The translations under genes and the position numbers were made by a program. From NCBI GenBank assembly GCA_040954595.2, contig CM082577.2, positions 1,178,001-1,242,000 on the forward strand: a DNA stretch of 64,000 nucleotides. The letters run 5' to 3'. Below the pieces are notes generated by a model. That model did no database searches, had not been told where the DNA came from, and saw nothing but the letters and a program-made list of their open reading frames with translations. The DNA comes from Balanoglossus misakiensis (taxonomy: Eukaryota > Animalia > Hemichordata). Within the stretch, counting starts at the first letter, position 1. The number at the start of each line of letters is the position of its first letter. Shown one piece after another: positions 1 to 13,035 of this stretch.

Positions 1-206
<206 letters not shown>

Positions 207-1034
207 GAATTCTCTGTTCCTCGTAGTTTGTCATGCATATTACTGTCATCTTGTATTCTTCAGTTAAAGAAAATATTGTCATTTGACACTCACGCAGTAA
301 GGCAAGCGTAAAAACTGCTGTGCGTTTTGTCAACAAAAAACGATTAAGGCTGATTGGATTACTGAATATTAACGAGTGTGATCGCTGCTCTGACATACCA
401 CAGTAGCACTTCAGGAGCAGTTAACAGTGACGTCATGTCATTGACCTCAAGTTTACAACCCCAAACAGATATAGCTCCTTTCAAGTGAACTACTACTTTA
501 AGGTAAACAAAACAACACGTGATTCTCATCGGGATCCAACACAACACTTCTATGACATAATTGTAAAAACGCAGCATAGTTGTAAATCATGCATGCCTGT
601 GTGAAAAATAACATGTTACGACTCGGACAAGTCAACATATTGTATTTTCGAGGATTTTGACATTGTACTGTCGCTTTGTTTGTAAAGATGAGCTTTATAT
701 TATCTTCTGTTGCCTTATGACACGATCCAATATGGCCGCCAGGCGGCCATAACCAATATCATGCAAAATGTCAATATGTTGGCGTCGTGTGAAACATACT
801 GTCCCTTTTGCATATATAATACCTTATTCAATACAATGTAATGCAATATCTTAAGAATCAAATACATTTGTGAAATTAGGCAATATCTTACTAAGAATTA
901 CCGGATGGTCAATGTTTCAAGAACCACTTGACCAAATATGATGTGTTTTCAGGTAAAAGACCATCCACTTGGTCGCCTGTGACACTTTCAGGCAAGTAGT
1001 TACATGTACCCATAGTCATGAGTATATCATGTAT

Positions 1035-1498
1035 CATGTTCGCATGCCAAGGTCTTGCTCTGTGGTCGAGCCAACGACCCGTGCGAGCGGACGATGATCA
1101 TGCATGACAGTGACTTCCACTTGGGCAAATATTCGACAGCGAGCTACAGCGACATCGTCGCTATATTGTTCACCGAGTGCCAATGTACACCTCAAGCAAT
1201 ATGTGACCACAGATGAATTGCTGAATAACAGCTACTGTACACGAATATGGTATTGACAACACTGGTATAAATTGGTGGGTCAGGTTATTTCCAATAAATG
1301 AACATGGTGTAATTTTAGCAAAGTTTCCAGTTTTTGGTCTATGTATAAGCGCACTGTACCGCCTCCTGTTATGTTTTAGATTTTTCTACGTGCACAGATC
1401 AACGGCGTCCATAGTCAGTGATACTAGCAACTCGCACGGATCGGTGGCTCGACCACAGCCTTTTTTTTAGGAGAGCAAGACCTTGGCGAGCGAAGATG
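1035..1498. mobile_element. MITE-like non-autonomous element with ~55-bp imperfect terminal inverted repeats
   Basis: Left end CATGTTCGCATGCCAAGGTCTTGCTC-TGTGGTCGAGCCAACGACCCGTGCGAG (1035-1087) is the reverse complement of the right end CTCGCACGGATCGGTGGCTCGACCACAG..GAGCAAGACCTTGGCGAGCGAAGATG (1431-1498), apart from a short indel. The interior is non-coding and no clear TSD is seen. Confidence 0.7.
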
Positions 1499-2858
1499 GC
1501 AACATGCATGCACGCTTCGTCCACCCATCGCGGCACGACGTGACAGACAGTTTAATATGCGGCCTGAAACCGCAACGTTTGCATAACACTGCTACGTCGA
1601 TAAACAGATACTTGCGGCGCGGTGCTACCCTGGATACGTGGCACACGTTTTTGACATGCGGACCAACCCCTTCTTGCTATTCTGATATACTACAGCATGC
1701 ACGCTCTTACAAGGGAACCCTTTTCTTTATTTATTCCACAGTCCTTTAAATTTGTGGTTGACATTGAATTTGAAATTGAACGTGCTCTGAAGACTCTCAC
1801 AGTGGTGACTGAACTTCATATTAACGTGCCAAAATTGTCCACAAGGGGCGTGTACGTATTTAAAGCTTATTTTCCTCTTTCGTTGAAGGTATTCACTTCC
1901 CAACGGGGCTGTGTTCAACAAATTAACTATGAAATGAGTTTTCCAGTGATGCGGTCATTTGGTATTTGCTTTACACTGTAGGGGGCTAGTCATATTTGAC
2001 AACGGACTAGTTATCGTCGTGTTTTTGATTTATTCAATTCGGTCCGATGGTCCCAGGCATGCCGCACGGAGGACTGTATTGTCATGGTACGCATACAGGG
2101 CCATTGGCTTCTTTCCCGGGCCGTGGTTGCTGTTTCTGTTCGGACAAGAATTAGAACAGCCCTGGGCTACACCGATGCCGGTCAGGGCGCTCAGCTGACA
2201 AGTTCTCCTGCAAAACATATGTGTATATGCATCGATGGTGCACTGTGTGTTATCAAGAGGCAAGGGTGACACTCCGGCCAATCAATTATTGAAATTAACA
2301 CGTGCGTTCATTGTATGTCACATGTCAATCATTCGAGTGACAAAATGAAGGCCCTGCCTTTTCTGTTACCCAAACCCACGTCAAGTTACACAGCCCAGAT
2401 GCGATACCATACTGGCATACACAAGAAAGGCTAGGCGAGTCATTTAAAACCATGGTTTGTGGAGTGACCGTTGTCTAAACCTAGTTGGTGAATTGCGTTC
2501 TTGCTCAGATCAAAGTGCTGTGGTGTAAATTACTTTAAGACTGGTAGTTCCAGATATGTTTATTTAAGTTTAATTACTTTTTTCTTGTTTCGCAAAAAGT
2601 GGGACACACGTTATAACACATCACGTTACTCCTCGCCTTGGTTGAAGTAAATCGATACACGATGTGGTGATCAAACCAATGTCGCTGTACTCTAAAATCA
2701 GGCATATTGACTCCATTTAACGACCCCAATCAACCGTAAATTTTGCCCGAGTTGTCAGAACGCCGGGGTAAAAATAAACGTCCCTTTTCAAGAATTCCTA
2801 CTGCTCCAAGATCGCGCGTGTTTTGTAAACATCTTAGATCACTGGCAGCGACCTTCTG

Positions 2859-2990
2859 ATTGGCTGCTTGTTTCTGATTGGCAGTTCCGGAATTTGACAT
2901 GTCCAAAGGAGGCTTGTTAAGTATTCAGAGGCAGCGTCATAAACAGCCTTGGGTATAAATACGAGTACGAAAACAACATTCAAATCAGAG
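2859..2990 (+). promoter_or_regulatory. Putative core promoter of secreted gene A: two inverted CCAAT boxes, TATA box, Inr-like site
   Basis: ATTGG at 2859 and 2877; TATAAATA at 2954-2961; TCAG ~30 bp downstream (~2985); ATG at 3123. Confidence 0.6.
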
Positions 2991-3122
2991 AGAGCTTCGA
3001 TTGTCACCGACTAGGCTTGACTGAGTTCGAACAGAGCTTTACAGCGACACACGATCCAGTTTTCTACACTTGCTGCGAGTTTCCAAACACGTACCGCAAC
3101 AGCCCGGACAGAGAAAATCACC

Positions 3123-4310
3123 ATGGCGAGATTTCTCCAAGCAGTATTGCTGTTTACACTCGTTGCACTAATTTCAGCAGGTAGGCAGAAAAATCCGCAT
3201 TTTTTCTTAAAGTTTTTGAATATTGCAAACTTGACTGAAAATCTTGTTTTGGCTTTACCAATGGTGCTGAAGTATTGTCACTCTGTGTTTTCTCGTGTTA
3301 ACGTCGTCGCGCGTTGGATTGAAATACAGCCTGGTCATCCGCGCCCACAATTCAATGAAGCCCTAGTGTATGCAGGGCTTCACGCTAAAGTGTTTTCGGG
3401 CCGTGTTTACAAAGGCCCTGAGCAAAGTGTCAACAAGTCTGCGCTGTACGTACACACATGGACGTACCCGTACACAGAACGTTGCGCCCGTATATAGTGC
3501 ACGTTCTCTTCTCCAACTGGTTCCGTGCGCACGGTCGATCCAGCGCGGACTTGCGGGTTTCTGGACTGCTGAAAGTTTGTTGCAGGGCGTAAAAGCGGAG
3601 ATGCTGCTAACGTCAAAGTTTGACCCAGGCTGATACACTTAAGCATTCGTGCCAAATAACATGCCCATTTAAAAAAAAGGGACGTGTTCAGTAAATCAGT
3701 CAGTGGTCTACTTCAATGTTTGAACAAACTGTTTAATTTATCGGCGCATGGTTAGTCTCGTGCTTGAGTCGGCCAATCAGGCAGTGATTTTTCTGGTGGC
3801 ACCGTTTGTCCTGCGCCGGGGATGACCAGGTCACGGAACCTCATGTAGATGTAGGATTAAAGTGTTATTCGACATCTACAAATGGCTATTTTTCATTCCA
3901 CAGCGGTCAATTATGAAGATCCCATAGAAGTATCGGAAGACGGTTCCGAGGAAAGAGGCGATAGAATGGAGCGTACCTTCACACCGAAAAAATGCTGTAA
4001 AATCGGGCGCCGCGTCGCCTCCAAAGGACTCTATTGTAACATTGACCTATTCCAGGTGGAGAAAAAGGATAACACGGTACAGAGAGAGAAAATGAAGTTC
4101 CATGGCCCCGAGTCCGACTATGACACGACATACAAGAACCTGATGATGAAGGTGGAAAAATGTTATCCAAGCAAGGCCAGCAGGTCGATGTTCGAGAAAT
4201 GCTGCCTGTATCAAGAGGAGATTGAAAGGAACTTAGATAATTGCAAAAAGCTTGGGGGCAGCAAGAACGAACGTCGTGAATGTCGACGAAGAATTAAGAG
4301 CCGCGAATAA
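3123..4310 (+). CDS. Secreted cysteine-rich protein A (154 aa) with expanded anaphylatoxin-like core; join(3123..3180,3904..4310)
   Basis: Exon 1 encodes signal peptide MARFLQAVLLFTLVALISA and ends G|GTAGGC (phase 1). The acceptor ttttcattccacAG at 3903 restores frame (GCG). Exon 2 encodes an acidic pro-region, RMER, CC-x12-C-x41-C-x12-CC and two more Cys. Clear similarity to gene B in this window. Confidence 0.85.
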
Positions 4311-7227
4311 ATACCACACAGAACCATTCGGGCGACCCTGAGGGTCCGAACTTTTTTTGGCTTGTGTCACGTGATCAGGAGCGGACTGTAAAAAGGCAGA
4401 TGAAAGGGGGGGGGGCGAGTCTGCTATGTCAGCAAACGCAACGCCGTCCCTCTCCAAGAGCTCAGACGCGAACGCTTGCATTACAAACATATGTTTTATC
4501 GAACTCATCGGGGACCTGCCTGTTACCATGGTATCACAATCTTGAAATACGACTTTTAGTGAAAAGAAAAATATGAAGTTCAACTTCAAGGGCAGGTTGC
4601 CAGTATGATTTTATTATGTTTAATAACTGTGTTGGCTAGTGTCGTGTTTTTGAAATACGAGATTGCCCGGTAATATTATGAAGGATATCACCTCGTTAAA
4701 TTTGGTCACATGATCGCAACGATTGCTCAATTTTCCGAATGAGCTGTGAACCCTTACCCCTTTATACATATTTCTTTATTTTCTACACGACTGTGAATGA
4801 AAAATTTCACACATTTTCACTCAAACATTTAAGTGACTTATTGGTGGCTCACTGCCAGTTTTAATTTTGGATATTGGACACCGTACTTTACTTCAGTGCC
4901 CAGAAGTATTTGAAGTCAACTTTGGTTGCGTAAAGTAACAATTTCGCTTTTTTCGGTCATTCTGAAGTAAGTGATCCAAAATTCAAAAATGTAAAAAAAA
5001 TGTCTTCATCTTGCTGTTGACTTTTCGATTTTTTTATGCGCACAGAACCGTGTCTTTTCATAGAGACCTCGACGATCGACGAGATTCTCATTTTGTTATG
5101 CAAATTTGTAATCTTTGTCATGTAAATATTGCGGTTTGTGCGTGTCTAAAGTTGCTATTTCCAGTTTCGCCAATGTCTGCCTTCTGTTCTGCATGTTCTG
5201 AAGCAGGGCAATTTTTAATCCGAATGTTGGATTTGATGACAAACTTGTCATGTTATGCGTTAGATGGCCTACAATGGTTAGATGGCTGTTGTCGACCGAA
5301 CCAGGGGTGGTGGATTCCACACCCTTATCAAGTTTTTTTTTGTAATTAAAGTTTAAGAAATGTACAGAGATCTATATTAAACAGTATTGTACATTTTTGA
5401 CACTGACATTTTTATACATTAAAAAGTTTTTTTTTGAAGAAACTATTCTGTTGGTGTTTGTAATTTCTGTTACGTAACAGCCAGCTTCTCATTTGAATAT
5501 TGTTTTGCTTGCAGAGACAAAGTCGAAAGTGACGCTCCAATTATCTTGGTGTGTGATTACAATTGATTCACTATCGGGTAGCACATATTTCAAAACCCAA
5601 CCAAAAAGTCAACCGTCCCATAGTGAATGTGTAGACCGAGTTCAATTATAAACTATGAAATTTTCACTTGTACATGCAAGCACTGTCCTTTCAAACGATT
5701 TGTCCAAAGCGCTAAGCTATTGTTCCCATAGTAACGCTACTTGAATTAAACCAATGGTGTCTAGAGATGCTACATGTTTTGCAATCAACCAGTACTGTTG
5801 CTAAGACAAGTTTACTTGACCGTACAACCGCACAAGGTAAAATGTCCAGTCAGACTATTTGCTTTTTTGTCACCTTTCCCCTTCATTGAATGCACCGCCG
5901 AGTTTTGATTGGTCAGTAGATCTGTATCGCTGGTTTCTGAACCTATTATTAGGCCCCACGTTCATAGAATTATGTTGAGTTATAGAGCATTAGCTACCAA
6001 ATGTCAATTTTGAATTGCGGTTCGACGGTTCTTTGGTATAAAGCATGGCAGCACTGGCGTGGGAGTGGCGCAAATTTATTACAGACTTAATGGGAAGGCA
6101 GCGAACAAAACGGTCCATGCTTGGCATTGTCACGTCTCGAAAGAAAGCTGACCAGTGAATGGACATCGGTGTCACATGAAATTTAAATGTCACGACCTTG
6201 GCCACGTGGGCGCGAACCAAATAAAGTGCTAGAAGTTTTTGCGTTTGATCATGCGATGCATTCGGACATTTGATGTGTTTTTGGCATTTGGAAAATATGA
6301 CGGTGTCTTTCTTTTCGCCCACGGGACCCTTTAGTTGTGGACTTGAAACGTCTTAAGCAGACAACTAAAATATGATTTAACCTGAACAGCCATGTTTTCG
6401 TCACGGTACGAACTTTGAGAAACGGCTTTTTAAGCGAGTGCTTTTATCAAATGTGATTTACAGATAAGATAATCGGGAATGAAGGGGAGACGCCGACGAT
6501 ATAGAAGCGATGGGGCGATAAGTAATATTTTATTACATGTATTTTCATTTTTTCATGGATGGATTGCTCTCTTGCAAATTTCCGAATTTTTAAACGAACG
6601 CATTCTTTACATTTTCACTTTTAATATAAGATGGTTATTCCACACAGCTCAGCCCAGTCTTGTTTCAGTTTGTCCAAAAATAGACTTTGTTTCAGTTAAA
6701 ATAGACAGTAGCAGGAGACCTATTTTGAATTAGAATGCGCCTCGCGTGATTGTTTACTTATAAAAAGACAAAAAGCACTCTCTAACAAATTAAACCCCTC
6801 GACTAGTTGTCATTCTTCAATTAGCCATTTGAAGACGAGTTTGAGAAAACAACTCCGACCTTTTGTTCCAAAACCACTCGAATACAAAGGCGAAGAAAAA
6901 ATCCGGGTAGTTGACACGTTTGAACAAACGCATAAGCTGTTTTCACAAACGTTGTAGTGTGTTATTAGTCAGATCTCCTTGGCTCATTATGGCAATATTG
7001 TGACGCCTGAAAAATAGCGTCAATGTATACATGGATTATGTATTCAGGATTCTCGTCAAGTTTAAATGGGCGACGAGAAAGATGACTGACTAATTACCAT
7101 ATAATTGTTCCGCATGGGCGCTTTATCACTTTCACTGATAACCAATGGACAAACCAGAACAATGGACCGACACTTAATTAGGCATAATTTCGAGACGGTG
7201 TGAGACGGATCTCTCAATGAATTTTCA

Positions 7228-7426
7228 ATGACATCATTTTGAAATCGGAATTTCCTCTATGCTGGAACGAAACAGGATGCCCACACATGAACTGTGCTTG
7301 TCATATAGTTTAGTGAATTAAATGATTGCACCGATCTATAAATTCCATGACATCATTTTGAAAACAGGAATTTCCTCTATGACAGAACGAAACAGAGTGC
7401 CCACGTATGACTATGTCATAGTTTAG
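7228..7426. repeat. Diverged two-copy tandem duplication, ~119-bp period
   Basis: ATGACATCATTTTGAAA..GGAATTTCCTCTATG..GAACGAAACAG..TGCCCAC..ATAGTTTAG occurs at ~7228 and ~7347. Confidence 0.85.
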
Positions 7427-10400
7427 ATATATAGGCTTCACCGAACTGTATCTGTACGTGAACATTTCACCTGCTTGACACGGTCATTCCACTCACTGTT
7501 AATTTACCAGTGTACACCTGAAAGTAGTCCGCCCACGCAAGAACATAAAATGATAATATAGGACTGGTCTGAATCACCCAACATCGCTGTTGAAACGCAA
7601 GAAAACGTTATCTTAAAATGTATATCATCAATGGGACGTCCTTGAGGTGACATTTTACGGTATTTACACAAGTTTTAGGGGGACACACGGTCAGCTGTAC
7701 ATTGGAAGATGAGAAATCCACCTGTATTCCGTGAAGCGTATTAAAAGGTGTCCGTCCACCTACACATGCCATCAAGGCTGTACGATTGTGACTGACTCAT
7801 TGCACAGGGGTTCAATATAATGATTTACATGTTTTGAGGCTTCAGTCTTCCGGGGGAGTGACTGGAACGGGTTCATGTTTTTCACTGTTTGTCACCGGTT
7901 TCCTTTCGACCTCTTTAATGCGACCGAGAGCGTAGGTGTGGATTTTTTTTCTCATTTTAGCAGCACAGATATGCTTCAAGAATTGCATCATTTTATTCCA
8001 TCGATGGTGGGTATAAGAAACAGTCATGTGATAAATCTTGAATTATGAACGATAGCAATCCCCGCATACACGTACATAACATCAGCTACCAAAGACATGA
8101 ACTATTCGATTTTTAACATTATATGAATATTTATATATTCTGTCAGACGATATATTGCAATTGCGCAAGTCCCAAGTTGAGAGATCTTGTGGATTAGGGC
8201 TTTCAATCAGCATTCTGGCGGTAGATAAACACTCCAACGTTTTTACAACTAGTAAACCCCTAGAGCTTTTAGGCCACTCTGAGACAGGTACATTTCAAAA
8301 GAACCATTCAGTCGATTGCAAGGTTTACTCTGACGAAGGAAACGGCCTTGCCTGCCGTGGTCGCTTTTGTCCACCTGTAAGTCGTGTCACATCATAAAAC
8401 CCAAACCTTCAGTATGTTGCATCTGACTTGTGACTGAACATGCACCTCTCTTCCTGACTTCACAGCGAGCGGTTTTGTTCTGCAGTTGGGCCTTCAGGCG
8501 CCAGAGAGCTGATGTCCACTTTTACGAGAGTGTGTGTGCATTTGCCAGCTCGGATCGGACAGGCCACTGACCTCCGCCCAAAGCCTGGATCGAGCGAGAT
8601 TGCTTGCATGGGGTATAGGTTGGTGGTTTGGGTGTACAGTGCAGGCATCCTTGAGGCAGATGCTTGTCCCATGTCTACAATAGGGGGAGCCGGGATGTCT
8701 CGGATGTGGAACGATTGTGGAATGGAGAGGTGACAATAAAAATCGTGTGTTTTGTGCTGAAGACAGCTACATGAAAACCTGCACGTCTACATCTTCGATC
8801 TTTTGTAGAGCACCTTGCAATGACCGCTGGTACACGCAGAAAATAACAGTTTTGGGATCAAGTTGTCATGGTGACAAAATCACTACTACTACACTTAGTA
8901 ATACGTGTGACCGCCAGTAGCCTAACAAGCTCCTGCAAACTCGGTCTATATGTGCTGTTTGTTTATTTTAAAAGAAAGCCGCATGTTCTCACAAGCAGTA
9001 GATGTAGTTAGTTAAATGTCCATAGGGTATTTTGTGTCATGAAATGCGATATTTTGTGTAATGAAATACGTGTTATTATAACATTTTGCACTCAAAATGA
9101 TATTATTTTTTGCAATGTTGTCGAGCCAAAAATTGAAATAAAATTGACTAGGTTGACATTTCACTTTCATCGGTTACATGATATAAAAGACAACATGGTA
9201 AACGTAGATACAACTGTTTCTGTTTCTTGTCCCTGTTACAAGACCAAGCGGACACCACAACATATTTAGCGCCAACTCCTGTCAAGACAGGCGGGTAGGG
9301 CGGACACACCGACGACTTCTGCAGTTGTCGGCGGCCAACTTGCCCTCCGGTCAAGTTTCTCGAACGATGCCAATCGCCAGAAATATCACAAACGCTTTAA
9401 CGATGTCAACTTGGGTGCAACAGGGTGTTTCCCAATCAAGGGTTATCCTAAAAAGGTCCTCGACCTTGATCTCAGTAGGTCAAGCAAATGACGTCACTAT
9501 CGCAAGGGTGAAAGAACATGGAACTGTTTTGATAAATAAAGAGTAGGTTCCACGTACTTTGATATTGTGTGTTTGGCAAAAGTCAAAGCACAGGACCTGT
9601 ACAACAAATCTGTCTCAATCAAGCCTCGACGAGTCTTCTGTACATTGCAACCTGGCGCCTCGAAAAGTGTTTGGGATTTTTCAACCAGATATCGATATAT
9701 GTGAAGCTTTCATGAATACCTCTCAGATTAAAGAGTGTATCTGCAACAAACAAGTCGCTATAATATTGGCGCTTTGCAAGATTTCAGTCAAAATTAAACT
9801 CTTAAAGTCAATAATGCTGTTCAAGTCTTACTGTGCTGTACTGTATCTTTTAACACGTTTTAAACAAAGTTTTGAGGTTTTCTTGACTTTCAAAGCAAGA
9901 AAGGGGCATTCAGAAAGGTCAAATACCAACGAAAATAATACCAGGTCACACAGAGGCCATGAACGTGACCAACTTCGACGTTCCAAGATTAAAATAGCTT
10001 CATGAATGAAAGAAATGCACCCCGGACATCTAAAATACCAGGCAAATGAGAGATTTAAATTCAAGCTGTATGACACTCCTTCTTTTCCATAGTTTGTGGT
10101 CATTTCGACGGCACGGTTACCAGCATTTGATTCTTGATAGTTGCAGGTGTGACTATACCGATGATTGCTATTTTAAGAACTTTCTTTATCTCTTTTATAT
10201 TTATGAGAAGTTTGTTGCAACATACAGATCGGCCATGAACGTACATTGTTTACCGCTGTGAACCGGATTTTGCAAGTATGCGTAGCTCACATGCTTCGTA
10301 ACCTTAACCTTCTTGGCTAACTAGGATGGGCAGAACGTCATTTACGGCCATGAGAATTTTTTACCACTTGGCCAGAATCCAACTCTAAATATAGCACCGT

Positions 10401-12805
10401 TTCTGTAGTTCTTTTAGAAAATTTGGACAAAACGCAGCTACTTTAAAAAAAAAAGTACAATGGCTTTTTGGTGAATAAATGACTCCCCCCCCTCTATGTT
10501 CCAAGTCGAATCCTTAATTTACGGACGCCAGAGATATCACAGTGGCCGACTTCGGAGAACTGACATATGTCTTTTCATTTTAGAGATAACATAACATGGA
10601 TTAGCATCACACGACAAAACGATGCCGAAAAGGATTCGGAAGATTTCACAATTTACAACCATCAATCAACAAGGAAAGCAGTCCTCTAACACAGCGAACG
10701 ATGTCCAATTTTGCAGCTAGCAAACTTTCTTTCTGAAAAGTAACGCAGAAGAACCAAATTTCTTGTAATGTCGGTTATGTCATCTAGCTTCTTTCGCGAA
10801 GGATCATGCAGCCACGACGTGCGGCTATAGCTAATTGATGTGCCTGGGGGTAATTATCAGACACGTGCGTAGAACACCAGACAGAGACTGCGCATTGAGT
10901 GAGTTGCACTAGCTACTTACCAGGCACCCCCAAATACACGAAAAGCAGTAAATAAAGCACATTAATGTAGTTCAGCAGATAAATGACACCTCCTAAAAAG
11001 AGCATAATTGCAAACAAGATTGACGAGGAGCTGTTTTTTTCAACCCGTTGTCGAGCAAGAATCTATTTTCACGTTTTATTGCCTACTCTTCGACCTCTGC
11101 ACTAATGGCAAGATAATCTTGTCAAATTGTTCATAAATCAGCGAGTTTACGACGAATCGATAATTTTTATTCTGGCCGAACCCAGTCACGCTGAGTTAAG
11201 ACCGTCAAACCTGGCAAAGAGCCATAGATAAATAGCAACATCACCAAGTTGATGCTCTTTAAATTAAAGGTTCACTATCTGTACCTTTGGCCATTTTTTC
11301 AATATTAATATTCCATCTGCATGCTGCGTTTCATACAACCTTCCGAACATAACGAGCTTAAAGTGCTTCATAAAGTTCAATAAATATATCAATTATGTCT
11401 GTTACTCGATCAAATTATAGTACTTGCATGCAACGCTGCATCGCGGCATTGGGAGATAAGTACGCACCTGTCCAAATCAGGATTTGTTGTCTTTCAAGTT
11501 CAATCATAGATTGCTTTGACATACACAGTATTTACACCCAACATAACCATTGTGACAAGTGACAATAAGACATATTATACAAACAGGAAAGAACTTCACG
11601 TGATATCAGTGATTTGTTAGTGACTGTGTACACATTCTCTCGACGAGAGACCGTGCCTTTCATAGGTAAAACTAAGAAAGTTATATTTAGAAAAAAAATG
11701 TTTTGTGTGCTGTCCGCAGGGATGGTTCTTACACAAATGCCAATCTAGGTTAGGTATAAAGGCATGGGTAACCGTGACTAGGGACTAGTCGTGTGACCTA
11801 GTTTTTATTTCTTTCAGGGGAAGTCATCACTGGAAGCAGCAAATTTAGCGGGAGTTATTTTGCAACATAACACAATAAGGGAAGGGCTATCAATCCGAGA
11901 AAACCCACAATTATATTTTCGGTGCTGTCCGCGAAATCTAAGGATTGGGTGGTTGCATCTGTTTGATTTTTTGAGTGGCATATTTATTTATTTTAACCGA
12001 TGTTGTAATGTGTTTAATAAAAAGCAAAAAATACCAAGATTACTTCACAGTAATACTTGTCCACACTATGACCGAATTATATTTTCTTGCAAAATTGCAT
12101 TTCCTCCGCCCCCTCCCCATATTAATTTGTCCACTCCTTATCAACTCAGCTAAAATTCGGTAACTCGGTAATTGTTTGCTAATAGCTGCTTATATTTGTC
12201 AGCTGTCAACTGATTTCTGTGTCGCTGAAAGCATGTCATCATGTCTGGCTCTTAATCATGACAAGGATTTAACCCTGATGCTATTTTACATGTTCAAACA
12301 TTGATTAAATCTTGAAATGCCAAAAAAAGACATTACGAGTAGGGATTTTTCAGGGCAATTAATCTAGTCAAAACCAGCAAGACCATGCATGCGTTGTTTT
12401 GTTGTTCAAACATTGGATTTTCTCCCACACAAACAGTGAAGATGATTTTAATCGATTGATTTTCTTATTTATTTATTTACGCTGTCAATAGTCTAGTAAG
12501 TCAAAAGAGTATTTAAATCATCATGAATAAATGATTGAGGTCATCCATATAAACCTCGGGGTTATAAACCCTGTGACGAGCAACATGGCGTGATGTATGA
12601 AGCGAATGACCAGTCGTTTCATCAAGATAAGACGATCTTTTTATCAAGCTGACCTACTAAGTTCCCCCCCCCCCCCCGCGGGATCATCTTTCTCACGGTG
12701 ATAAGAGTGCAATTAAAGTCACCACCAGAAATTCCAGCATAGCAGGGATCATCACGTTTCATATCTTTGCCGCAAAATAATTAGGCTAATGAGTTCAATA
12801 TAAAA

Positions 12806-13035
12806 TAAAGCTGCAAGCAGCATTGAAGGGGCCCAAGCATAGAGATAATAACCATTATGTCAAAATGAGCGAAATTCACAACAATGTCGAGATTTTTTCA
12901 TTTTTTGAGCGTGTATGAGTTAGAATCCATGCATGAGACATGAAAATGTCAAAATGAGCGAAATTCACAATGTCGAGATTTTTTCATTTTTTGAGCGTGT
13001 ATGAGTTAGAATCCATGCATGAGACATGAAAATGT
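12806..13035 (-). mobile_element. Putative Helentron/HINE-like terminus plus two 86-89-bp lead-in repeats abutting satellite array 1
   Basis: Hairpin GCTGC-AA-GCAGC (12810-12821) lies next to GGGGCCCAAGCA and is flanked by an A/T run. Two near-identical units start at 12857 and 12946 and share CATGAAAAT..CAAAATGA with the satellite. Family assignment is inference. Confidence 0.45.

Noticed and set aside
2030-2207. Exon-like block on - strand (acceptor tgttttgcAG, ORF to TAA overlapping AATAAA)
   Set aside because: No recognisable protein and no upstream exon could be linked; it could be lncRNA or chance.
3123-3497. Unspliced 124-aa ORF starting at the gene A ATG
   Set aside because: It reads through a good donor at 3181; the spliced product gives a coherent protein homologous to gene B.
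8460-8674. GC-richer - strand ORF MGQASASR.. (70 aa) behind a plausible acceptor
   Set aside because: No recognisable motif, all frames look equally uninformative, and there are no supporting exons.
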